Source: Vitrella brassicaformis CCMP3155 (taxonomy: Eukaryota; Protista; Chromerida). Taken from it: DNA of 64,000 nt. A model generated the notes under the pieces. That model saw only the letters and a list, made by a program, of their open reading frames with translations. It searched no databases and was not told the origin of the DNA. Positions 1 to 10,968 of this stretch are shown here, piece by piece. Where the stretch lies: assembly GCA_001179505.1 (NCBI GenBank), contig CDMY01000447.1:62001-126000 (forward strand), read 5' to 3'. Position 1 is the first letter of the stretch. Every line of letters begins with the position of its first letter. A program made the translations under genes and the position numbers.

Positions 1-790
1 TTGAGGGCAGTCCACGGCTTCCCTCCCCTTTCCAGGAGACTGTCTGCTGCGATGGTCAGGGAGGCGGCGTTGGGGGCGGGTGCAGCTGCTGGTGCGGCCG
101 CTACGGGACTAGTCACGAGTTCAATGATCGGCGCTGCTGCTGCTACTGGTGGGTGAGGCGGTAGGGGGGAGGCAATGACCGCATGGTGCCACTCACGCTC
201 ATCACTGCGTACGGTGTGTGTTGTCTGTCGGGTTGGCTGTTGTCAGGAACGGCAGGAGCCGCGGCAACCAACGAGTGGCCTCGCAACGATAGGAGGGGCG
301 GCAGGCCTGGGAGGGATGACTGGAGGCATTGGAGTGATTACCTTCATTCCGGCGGCGCTGACTGCCATCTCTATGCGCTCACTCGTCAGGCTATGGAGGG
401 ATGACGCAACCACCGCAAACGCCACTGGCATCGGCGCGGCAACCGGTGGCCTTGCGGGAGCTGTTGGCAGTGTGGGCCTCGTCTTATCAAGTGAGATGCA
501 TGCAACACGGAGAGAGACTGACACATGACATGCACGTAATATGGTGGTTCTGCTGCTGGTGTCTGTGCAGGTGGATCTGGGTCAGGTCTGAGTGCTGCGA
601 GCATCGCCTCAAGGCTGGCGTCCCTCGGAGGCGGGTCCATTGCAGCGGGTGGAGGTGGGATGCTGGCCGGCCTGTCGGTCCTCACCCTCGGCACGATGGG
701 CGTCGCTGCATTGGCAGGGGGCGCCTCCTGGGGCGTCGCCGAAGGCACTTTGTACTTGCTCGAAATCAACTTGAGGAATGACATCATGCG
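1..790 (-). CDS. Pro/Ala-rich hypothetical protein (multi-exon, runs off the window start)
   Basis: Coding-like segments MMSFLKLISSKYKVPSATPQEAPP...DPDP (~575-790) and PTLPTAPARPPVAAPMPV...ARPLV (~250-490) are separated by GT-AG intron-like gaps. No domain recognised. Confidence 0.4.
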
Positions 791-1448
791 CCTACAGAGA
801 CAGGGGGTTGTCTTCCCGGATGTGATGTGACGCGGGGGCGGGGCACTCCTGTCAACAGTGTGCTTTTTCGATGCTTGGACATTCTGTCCTCCACATGCCA
901 TGTGGTTCTGAGTCAGTTTGTAGTACGAAGCACTGGACAGGATGCATGTTGTGCCTGTGCGGCGGTACTGTAGCCTCTGTGCAGGTTGTGCACGTGCGCG
1001 CCTGTCTGTCTGTCTGTCTGTCTGTGTGCGTGTATGCATATGCTCGTGGTGCATTCGATCCCATTACTCTTGGTGTGTGAGCGTGTGTGATTGTCCGTTG
1101 GTTTTCCTCTCGACTGTCTCTGGGCTGTATTCGTGTGCTGCGCCACTGGCACAACGAAATACAATCCACAAAGAGACGAGGGGCGGCCGCATCTGCGGAT
1201 GTCTCTTCCGGTTTGTGCATGCATGCCGATTGCTTCTCATAAAGTGCTTGCGCAAATATAGGCTTGTGAGGGGGTTTGTCTTGGAGACTGTCCAGCCAGA
1301 CAGAATGTCGGTGTTAGTGTTGCATGCGTTGGTGTGTCAGGGGACAAGACGACGGGAGCATTGCAGATGTGTACGGGTGCCTGGTGGGTCAAGATGGGAC
1401 GCTGATAAATGCATGTCTCGGCTGCCGCGCGTGTGCTGACGACAGTGA

Positions 1449-1480
1449 GCAACCCGCGAGACAGATTTCTCGCGGGTTGC
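1449..1480. repeat. Perfect 13-bp inverted repeat (hairpin) with 6-nt loop
   Basis: GCAACCCGCGAGA (1449-1461), loop CAGATT, TCTCGCGGGTTGC (1468-1480), read directly from the sequence. Confidence 0.9.
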
Positions 1481-2930
1481 CGCGAGAAATTTGTATGGGA
1501 GGCATGGCTGGCCACCAACAACGACAACCAACAAACAGCCATGCGATTTTCTTCGGCGGCCACGATCGGTAAACGAGACGATGAGGAGGGGACAGACCTG
1601 GGCCTCGTCAACGGTTTTAGAGACCTTTGATTCATCCATCCGTCCCCGAGTGTGATTCATGTCATGCACACGAGAAGCGTCTCTGGACATGACACCATGC
1701 AATCAATGCAGAGAGGGAGCACTTACTGTCCGCAGAGAGTGTGTGAGAGCGAGGCAGAGAGAGCCTATGTACAGCACACAAGGACGGACCTACACACCGC
1801 ACTGACAGACAGACATGCACTGACAGACATCACAACCACTCACACAGCGTGTGTATCCGTCCCTGCCATTTCTCTCTCAGCTACCGACATCCTCTCTATC
1901 CTCTCTGTGTCAGTGGTGCCCTGCCGTACGACACAATGGTAAGTCATCCAGCCATCCACCGACCAGCCAGCCATGCCCATCCATCTATCCGTCTGACTGA
2001 CTGACTGACTGACTGTGGGGGACCTGTGTCTTGATGAGCCCATCGGTGCGGTGTCGTCAGTGCCGGCAAGAGCGGCCGCACTGACGACGCCGCACGATTC
2101 GGCGCATGAGGACTGACTGACATGAAAGAAACCTAGACACCCTCTCTGTCTGTCGCCCTCCCTCCCTCCCTCCCTCCCTCCAGTCGTCAGATAAGGCTGA
2201 TAGGAAGAGTCAGCACGGTCAGGCGAGTGCGGGCCGGGCCGCGTGAGCAAAACACAGGCCATTGCTACACCACACGAGAATCGAGACGACTCGCCGCCAC
2301 ACACGCGTCAACAGGTATAGACACACACACGTGGGATGTGGTGGGGTGGTTGACTCGACCAAAAGCAAAAGGAGAGGACGTGTCTTGTCACGCATTGCAT
2401 ACACGAGGCGGACGTCGGATGTGGCATGGGACGGTGTGTGTGCCTTGCTGTGTCTGCCCATCTCCCCTCTGCTGCTGTGTGTCCTCTCTCTCCGGCCCAC
2501 CCACACCTCACCGGTCTGGTCGGCCAATGCACATGAGGGGGGGCAATCGGAGGGGAGGGGCGGAGTGGACAGACAGACAGACAGACAGACAGAAAGAGAC
2601 GAGCGAGCCAGCCGAAGAGACACACTGGTGTGAACAAACACGCTGTCATTAGGAAGAGGCAGACCATCCATCCATCCATCCAGCCAGCCATCAGCGAGTA
2701 CCACAGCAGACAGCATACCGCACGAGAGAAAGTCCCCACCCGCCCCACTCTATCTGCCGCCCACACATCCGTCCATCCGGAGAGAATATGTCTGGCGGAT
2801 CGCTTCAACGCTAACACCGCCGCCCAGCCTGACACACCCATGGAAAGACAGACACAGACACCATTGCGTAAGCCGTGAGCGCATCTGCTGCTCGTCTCAG
2901 TCGTGTTTGGTGCAAACATACCTCAGCTGT

Positions 2931-4700
2931 CTATTGGTCGAAGATCATGGCTGAGATGATGGTCTCCAGCACCGCACGGGCCAGCCGAGTGGTCTGCGGG
3001 AAGAGGACCTTGAAGGCGCCACCCACAGACACAGCCGGTTCGGTGGTGCAGACCTCCACCTTCACTGCAAAGGAATGACAGGAGAGGACAGAGATGAGAG
3101 TGGCACCGCATTCCCTCCCCCCTTGCTGTGCCGGGCTGGGCTGACCATAGTTGGCGAAATCATCGATGCGAATCCATGCGACGAACGATTGGCTGGCGTC
3201 GGTCAGGACGAGATGACGTCCGGGAATGAGGTGGTATGACATGGTGGTGGTGCATCTCTCCACTGGTGTGTGGGGCGACTGCGTAATGAGGGTGTGCAGC
3301 CGGCTGTTGTCGACATGCCTGATACACACACACACACACAACGTACACTCGTGTGTGACGTGGCAATGCCCACAAAGAGTGATGCCCCGCCTCACCTGTC
3401 GATCATACGGTAAGTGCTGTTGATCTGGTGAGTCTTCTCGAAGTGGTTGAGGACGATCTTCTTGACACACGACGACACAGACGAGAAGTTGGGACTGGCG
3501 GACGTGTAGTCGGAAACGCTTGCCCACCGTAGCCAGCCCCTGGACGGGTAATTGTCGATGCTGCTGCTGACGGGCGGGTCGTGCGGCTGTCGATGCTGCT
3601 GGTAGGGGTGGTTGGGAGGGAGGGGCGGGTTGATGGTGAGCTCGAAGCCGTACTGGTCCTTGATGGCCCGCAGTCTGTAGCCGTGCCGGAACAGCTGGAA
3701 GGTCACGCCGTCGCCGAAGCGGATGTGGGGGCCGACCATCTTGAGCTGCGCCAACACACGGGGATCGTCCAAATACGCCTGCACACACAACACATCAACA
3801 CACCACACACCGATTGAGAGCCATCCTTTCTCTCCCTCCCTCCCTCGGTTGGCTTACCGTCTTGTTTGGGTATTGGTGCAGGTCACCAGAATTGAGGGTC
3901 ACAGGCAGCTGGCAGCAGCCGCACTGCCCCGCCAGCTCAATCACCTCGCTCATCTCACTCCAGCCGCCCGCCTCCGTCACACACAGCGCCGCCAGCAGGT
4001 CACGCTCGCCCATCTGCTGGTCGGCGAATGTCAGCAGCTGCACCACATTCTCATTCACCGTCCGTCGCAGCCCCGCCTGTGTGCTGAGGGAATGGCTGAG
4101 TCGCTGCCGCAGCTGAGGCGCTCCGAAGAGGCCTCTGGCCCATTTGCATGTGGCCCTCAGACGCAGGATGTCATTGAGGCTGAGAAGGAAGAATGTGCGG
4201 CGGCCGACGAAGATGTACTCGAGGGGGTGCTGCTTCTGCTGCTGCTGGTTGGGCTGCTGGTTGGGGGCCGTCAGAAGGCCTGCCGACAGTGAGCTGCTGC
4301 CCCCCTCATGCTGCTGCTGTGTCGCTGCCGCAGCACCACCCGCACCAATCGAGCCACCTGAAGGCACCACACAGCACAGGACGGTCATGACGATGCGCAG
4401 TCCACCAACAGCAGCTGATGCTTTGCGTACCTCCACTATGCCCTCCACCATCACCACCACCACCAGCAGCAGGATGGCTGATGTCTACGTGTCTACGCTT
4501 CTTGGCGCCGCCGTCATCATCAGGCACCTGAACAGAAATTGATCCACACACGAGTTCCTCTGCGTCGGTGTGTCTGTGTGTCTGTGTGTCGGTGGACTTG
4601 TGCGCACCGCGTTGCTATGCTGTTTGCTGTTGTCGGTCTCATTCGGTCCCACAGCACCGCCCGCCCCCCACTGAGCCGCTCCGCCGTCGACATTCATTCG
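2931..4700 (-). CDS. Lineage-expanded hypothetical protein with an F-box-like helix (multi-exon; further exons probably extend to ~5330)
   Basis: Phase-consistent exons: RMNVDGGAAQW...HSNA | VPDDDGGAKKRRH... | ...LSLNDILRLRATCKWARGLF...HQYPNKT | (intron 3779-3857) AYLDDPRVLAQLKMVG...ELTINPPLPPNHPYQQHRQ... | ... | ...ETIISAMIFDQ* (stop at 2931). Confidence 0.65.
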
Positions 4701-6228
4701 CTGACATAAACACACACACACGGGGGAGTGACCGGCTTGTGTGTGCCATCCAGTGGTCAGTGGAGCCTTACGCGTCTGTTGTGGTCAGTGGGCGTCTGTG
4801 TCAGCTCATTGCTGAGGGCCGAGTGGGCGTCGGTGAGGTTCGTCAGAAGACCCAACAGTCGGCGGCCAGCCACTGACGCACAAACCTGTCAGCGGCAACG
4901 AACACGACAGAGAGAGAGAGAGAGAGATGCGGCACTCGTGCAGGCGGACCTGTGTGTTGTCGTGTTGGGTGCGTTGGATAGCTCCCTCGCCCGCCGAGCC
5001 GGCGCGGCCATCTCAGATGCGATCTGAAGGCACACAAACAGACAGATAGCACAGTGAATGAATGGTCGGTCTGGCGCCTCCCTCTCTCCCTCTCTCACGG
5101 ATTGGATCTGATCTATGACATCTCGCAAGCTATCGTCCGACCAGCCCCGCCCACCTGCACCCCACACACCATCACCACACACACACATGGCAGCTGTGTG
5201 TTTGCATTGTGTGCGTCATCGCCCACCTCTCGAGGGAGCCGGGCGTCGTGGCTACTGTCCATCTGACGAGCACGGTCAACCACCTGCACCACGGAAGCAA
5301 AGCAGCCACACAGCGACATGGGATGCTCATCAGTGTGCCTGTGCTCTCAGTCTGCCGACTCACTGCTCTGTGTGTGAGTTTTGGCGTCAGCCTTCGAGCT
5401 GAAACTGACGCCAGCCATCAAGAAGCAGCCCGACTGATGCCGTCACTGCTGCCCGCCGCACAGGTACAGAACCTCTCAACTCAGACCGTCACCGTCCGAT
5501 CTGACGGCACACACACCGCACAGCCACGCAGGGAAGGAATGTGTTGCCGGTCGTTTCTATCCGTCATGCATCATCTGCCAGTCTGCTTTGCCTCCCTCAG
5601 TTGGCCTCGCTGATGGGCAGGCTGAGCGCCTCGGCTCAGTGAGTGAATGGGTGGAGAGGCCTTTTGGTCTCACCGATGGTGACGAGAGGAAGTGTGGAGG
5701 CATCAACAAGCCTCTCATCAGACCAAAACTGTTCGCCAAACGAAGTGCGAGCTTCGGCGAGGATTCGCTGTCGGCCAGGAGCGCTTTCGAAGGGGTTGTT
5801 CCCCCCCTTTTAACAAATGCTGTGCGAGGTCGATCTGCGCAAAAGGATTTGCATCCCACACAGCCTCAAAACACGAGTCATACTGTGTCTCAGACCCCAA
5901 GCGCATCTGTCTTTCCATCACTTCGACGACAGCGGTGCCGCGAGAAATTTGTCACTTTCGCTCTCTTCTCTGGCTGTTTTCCCCTTCCCCTCCACAGCAA
6001 TCGCCTGACCCTGCCTGTTGCCCGTAAGTACCATCGCCGTGGGCCTTCGCATCGTCTCGCTGCCCCCGCACACCGTGATGGGTACAAATAAATACACTTG
6101 CCGCGCAAAACACCCGCAGATCCATGGACCAAAAAGACGACACCTTCGTATGTAACCACATACATACCGCAACACACAAACATGAAGAGTGACGGCACAC
6201 CCACACTGTCGCGGTCCACCCACTCACA

Positions 6229-7871
6229 TCACAGCAGCCCCTTCTCTCTCTTGGTGCGCTTGCTGGCCAGCCGATCAGCCGTGGCGGCACCACTCTGCTC
6301 CGCCGCCCGCTTGCGGGGCATGCTGCGCGTCGTGACGCCCTCACACACCACGCCCACCGCCGCCACATCGCCACGCGTGCTGCTGTTGTTGTTGTCGACC
6401 GCCCCACGGCGTGTGCGCTTGGCCCGCTGCTTGGCCGGGGGCTGCTTGTTCTTCCTGCTGTGGTCGATGTGGGTGTCCTCTTGGTCGCTCATCTGCTGCT
6501 CGTTGTTGCCGTCCTCCTCTGCCGCATGGTCCTCACTGTCGGTGTGCTCGTCGCCCAGCTGCTGTCCGTCGATGCTGTCGGTGTTGGTGTCTTCGGTCTT
6601 GTCCTTGGCTGGTGTGTCGTCCTGCTCCTCGTCCGCACCACCTGAGATCGGCAACAAACCAACAGACGCATAGACACATCCAGCGTGCACGAATCCATCG
6701 GCTGACGTCTTTGCCGCCCCACCTACCCGCTCCCTCACGGCTCGCTGGTGGCTGTTGCTGCTGCTGCTGGTGCTGCTGGTGGTGGTCGTGGTGTCTGTCA
6801 GGTTCCCCACCACCATCACCACCACCACCACCCTGCAACAAACACATGGACCACCTAGATGAATGCTTTGCTAGTGTGTTGTGGGTGGCCTGCGTCACCT
6901 GTTCGTCTTGGTCCTTGTGGTCGTCCTTGTTGGTCTCCTCTTGATTGCCGTCCTGCTGCACACCAGCCGCATCGAAACCATCGCGGCCGCTGCGTCAAAC
7001 AGACACACAGGAAGGGAGTGCAGGCGTGTATGTATGGCTGTGTTGGCCGTCGCTGTGTGTCGAGGTGTACCTCACTCACCTGGTCTCGTGGAACATGCCG
7101 CCCCTCAGTCTGAGCATCAGCTGCAGTGTGGCATGCTCGAGAATCATATAGTCCTTGACGGTGAGGCCGTCCTGGAGCTGCTTGCCGCCCCAGATGAGCC
7201 GCTGCTGGTCGGGTGGGATGCCCTCCTTGTCCTTGACCTTGGCCTTGATGTCCTCGACGGTGTCAGCCACCAAAACATCCAACGGGATGGTCTTCCCTGT
7301 GCGTATCCATGACACACAAGGCAAGAGCTGGTGCTGACTGAGGTGTGGTGTGTGCAGTGCACCGCAGTGCCCACCAGTGAGGTTTGTGAGAAATCACTGG
7401 TGGCCAGCAGTGCCAGGTACAGCGTGGCGTTGTCCTGAATGCCGTAGTCCGCGAGGCTCTGGTCGTCCTTCAGACACGAGTCTCGCACGTCACGGGCGGT
7501 CCCGAGCAGCTGCCTGCCGGGCCAAATGCCCTCTCTCTGCGATATCTTGGCCTTGACGTCCTTGATGGTGTCAGACGGCTGCACATCCAGCGTGATGTCT
7601 AAACGCACACGCATAAAACAGTCAGGGACGAACTGACGGGGGACGGTCTGCGCTGTCATCTACCTCGTCTGAGGTAGGTGAGATGGATATGGATCTGGAA
7701 GGTTGGTTTGGGCTGCCCCGGATGCTGCTGCTCGTCCACGAACATGATGATCTTGCCCTTGGCATCCACAGGCAGCGTGCGCAGGTCCCCATCGACCTTG
7801 ACCTTGAAGCAACCACCGGCGGCCGGATAGACAGGGAGGCCGTCGAGCAGACCAACAGCCTTGCTGCTCAT
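6229..7871 (-). CDS. Protein with two tandem ubiquitin-like domains and an acidic/basic C-terminal extension
   Basis: ATG 7871 (MSSKAVG...[12 protein letters not shown]|D). UBL1 is [26 protein letters not shown]...[17 protein letters not shown]2 is [44 protein letters not shown]...LMLRLRGG. It continues MFHETS|GRDGFDA, then D/E-rich and K/R-rich exons ending TGA at 6229. Confidence 0.8.
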
Positions 7872-7969
7872 GGTGTGTGGAGTGTGGTGCAGGGAAAGGC
7901 GCTGTAGGACACACAGACAATAACACAACAGATGATGAGAATCAGAATGTGCATGCAAGCAGCTTTTTT

Positions 7970-8064
7970 GTAGATCTTACACGCTTGCGAGTAGCGTGAC
8001 GATGCGGGAGAAGGGGTAGCCTCGAATCAGTGCCTCCGCCTGCGACGAAATCTAAGCTCGCAGT
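7970..8064. promoter_or_regulatory. Candidate bidirectional-promoter element, copy 1
   Basis: GTAGATCTTACAC-gc-TTGCGAGTAGC-g-TGACGA (7970-8002) plus CTAAGCTCGCAGT (8052-8064). Matches 29718-29807 and lies between divergent ATGs at 7871 (-) and 8328 (+). Confidence 0.55.
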
Positions 8065-8327
8065 TCTCAAACCCTGTAACCCCAGTGCCCAACGGCGGCT
8101 GCAATTTCTGAGAGGCTCAGGGCGAGCGAGGGAGAGTTCTGCGAAGAACTCGAGGCGACAGAAACGCCTGTACGGAGTAGCTTTGCACTCTGTGTAGCCT
8201 TGCCCTATCCCTACGTGAGGCACAACAAGCTAGCCCCTTGAGCTTCGGCAGTACAAGAGCCGCCCCAGCCCCGCCCGCTGAGTGCGTGTTGGTCGTGCAG
8301 ACACGCACCGCCACCCAATCGGCAGTC

Positions 8328-10968
8328 ATGGGAGAGGCTCAGTCGATGATGCTGGCGAGTTGGGACACTGAGGAGCTTGTTTCCCACATCCTGTTCCTCC
8401 GGGAGACCAACCACGTGGAGGCAGAGCCGCGCATATGGCACGTCATCGAGAAGGGCTGGGTGGAGGTCGTTGACAGGCTGCTGCAGAAGGAGCCCACACT
8501 GCTCGGTCAGAACGGCAGCGGGAGTGGGGACAACTGCGGAGGCGTCTCGACTGACTACCTGGTCAGCTGCATAGCCCAGATGACGGCATACAGCATTGCA
8601 ATGGTGGATGTCTCTTTGTGTGTGTGTGTGTGTGCAGATTCGCGCCACGCACAACCGTGGCGGCATCTTCAGCTACTTGGTAGAGCGTTGGTCGGTGAGT
8701 GAGCGCACGCCCGACAACTTGCAGAAGGTGTTGAAGCGAGCCATCGAGAACACGACCATCGACAGGATGCTCGAGGTGGTCCTCTACCGCAGCGGACCAA
8801 TGAAACCGCACGAGATACAGGACTTCTGCAAGTCAGTCAGCCCAGCCAAGGAGCCTCCATCGAGCAGCAACTCGTGTGTTATGTGCTGTGTGGTGTGTGC
8901 CCCTCTCTCTCTCTCTCCGATTAATTAGGGCTGAGAGCATCGAGGGGGGTCACTGGCAGAGTGTGCAGACGCTGCTGTCGTCCCACCTGGCCGTGTTCAC
9001 TGGCGACGACCTCGACCGCATCCTCGCACACCCACCACGCATCATCGACGACTACTGGCGAGTCGTCATTCGGGTGGGTGAGCATGGCGATGATTTGTGT
9101 GTCCCGGGGTGAGGACCGCGATGTCATGTGTCTGTTGCTGATTTGTATGCTGCCTGGCCTGACGCACCCACCACACAGATGATGACTGACGAGAGTTTGC
9201 CAGCTGGGAGGATTCACCCCGCCGTGTTCCGGCCGGGCGATGTGCTGGCGCTGGTGCCAGACAAGAAAAGATACATACAGTAAGTAAGGAGACAGACAGC
9301 CACATACCATGCCATCCGTGATGATCAGAAGGACCTCCCTCCAACGTGTGGTGCACGCGTGTAGGTTTTGTGAGCGTTTGGTAGAGGAGTTCGATGCCGT
9401 GCTGACGCCCCCCGTGGCCCAGCAGCTGCTCGAGGCTGCCGTGGAGGTCAAGAACCCAACACTCTCACACAAATGCATCGCAGCGGGTATGTTTGAAGGA
9501 GCGACGAATGGATGCAGTCAGTCATGGTTGCTGCCTGGCCGCCTGCAATGCAGGTGCGGTTGCGACGGCGGAGTTCATTGAGACAGCGGCGGGTCACTTC
9601 TTCCCCAACGAGGACTTCATCCGATTCCTGCTCGAGTCGAACGAAGCCATCGTGCCATCAGAAAAGGTCGGTGGGGCAGACCCGCCATGGCAAGAGAGAG
9701 AGAGGGGGGTGTCACGTCAGTCACTTTGTGTCTGTCTGTCCTTATCTGCCTAGGCGATGCTGAATGCGCTGAGAGCGTGGACACTCAACTGGAACCTGGT
9801 AGACACACACACACACACACACCGCACACCGAATGCTGACTCACGCGCCGTGTCTTTGGTCTTGGCCAGGTGCGTTTGCTGCTGGAGCGGGGCGGGCCCG
9901 TCACGAGTACTCAACATACACACACACACGGATTGACCTCATAGCATAGCTTGTCTTCATTCCTTGCCGGTGCGCCCTCCCTTTGCAGGTCGTGTGGTGG
10001 ACCGTGTGTTGAACAGCACGACCGTGGACAAGCCCGTCTACCGCCACCTCATGCTGGCTTGCCCCGAAGACCTGGGATCCATCAGGGAGAAACTCGTCGG
10101 GTGCCTGCACTCATTCGAAGACCTCCAGTGGTCAGCCATCAGCACCACTGCACCGCCTTGCTCCCATACACACGTGTGGTGTGGTGCATGGTCTGACTGA
10201 CTGACAGGATGGAGGAGTGTCTAGAGGAGGCGGCCCACCTGCACGCTGCACAGTGGCACGCAGGCGTCCGCCGGTCCCGCGACGACGACAGCACCTCACA
10301 CGGCCACATGTCGCCGGACACAGACGCCTCATCGTCAACTATCCCGCGGCTGTCCACCTTCGAGGCACCGGTTGCATCTATGTCGCCCACCGACAGCCAC
10401 AGCCCGCCCAGCGAGTCGGTCACCTCCGGGAGCAGCCCAACCGGGTCGCCGCCAAGTGAGGGTCGGCGGATTGGCGTGGCGCGGGGCTGGGAGGGGCTGG
10501 CAAGGGCGGGGTCGGGGGCTGACGATGAGGCGGGGGTGCGGCGTGGGGAGGCTGCATCGGAGATCAACACGAGGGAGAGGAACACCTGTGTGGTCTGTCT
10601 GGATGCGGCCGCCGCGGTCATCCTGGCGCCATGCGGGCACAGATGTACTTGCACCAAGTGAGAGAGAAAGCTCTGTGTGTGTATGGCGCGGCGCACGAGA
10701 GAGAAGACACGCATGCCTACTGGTGCGTGTCTTGTGTGTGTGTGTGTGTAGGTGTACGGCGTTGCTGATGCGTCGGCCGGACATCCCTCTCGAGAGCCCG
10801 TTCGGTGTGCGCCGGCCCGCTTTCCACTCACGCGCATGCCCCATTTGCAAAACATACATTCAGGTATTTAGACACACACACACACAGACACAATCGTTCC
10901 TTGCGCAGCACATGGGTCTGTCTGTCTGTGTGGCCTGACAGAGCACCGTGAGACGCGTGTACGACTGA
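8328..10968 (+). CDS. Helical/ankyrin-like N-terminal region plus C-terminal C3HC4 RING (putative E3 ubiquitin ligase)
   Basis: About 12 exons. Spliced C-terminus is CVVCLDAAAAVILAPCGHRCTCTK|CTALL...ACPICKTYIQ|STVRRVYD* (TGA 10966-10968), a typical terminal RING-HC. The ankyrin-like call rests only on weak motifs such as VRLLLERGG. Confidence 0.85.

Noticed and set aside
5557-6100. ORFs of 100-167 aa on both strands
   Set aside because: No motifs or codon-like pattern. The region carries two candidate promoter motifs and is more likely promoter/UTR.
7076-7659. Polyubiquitin or ubiquitin-ribosomal fusion
   Set aside because: Both domains are far from the near-invariant ubiquitin sequence, and the tail is neither L40 nor S27a.
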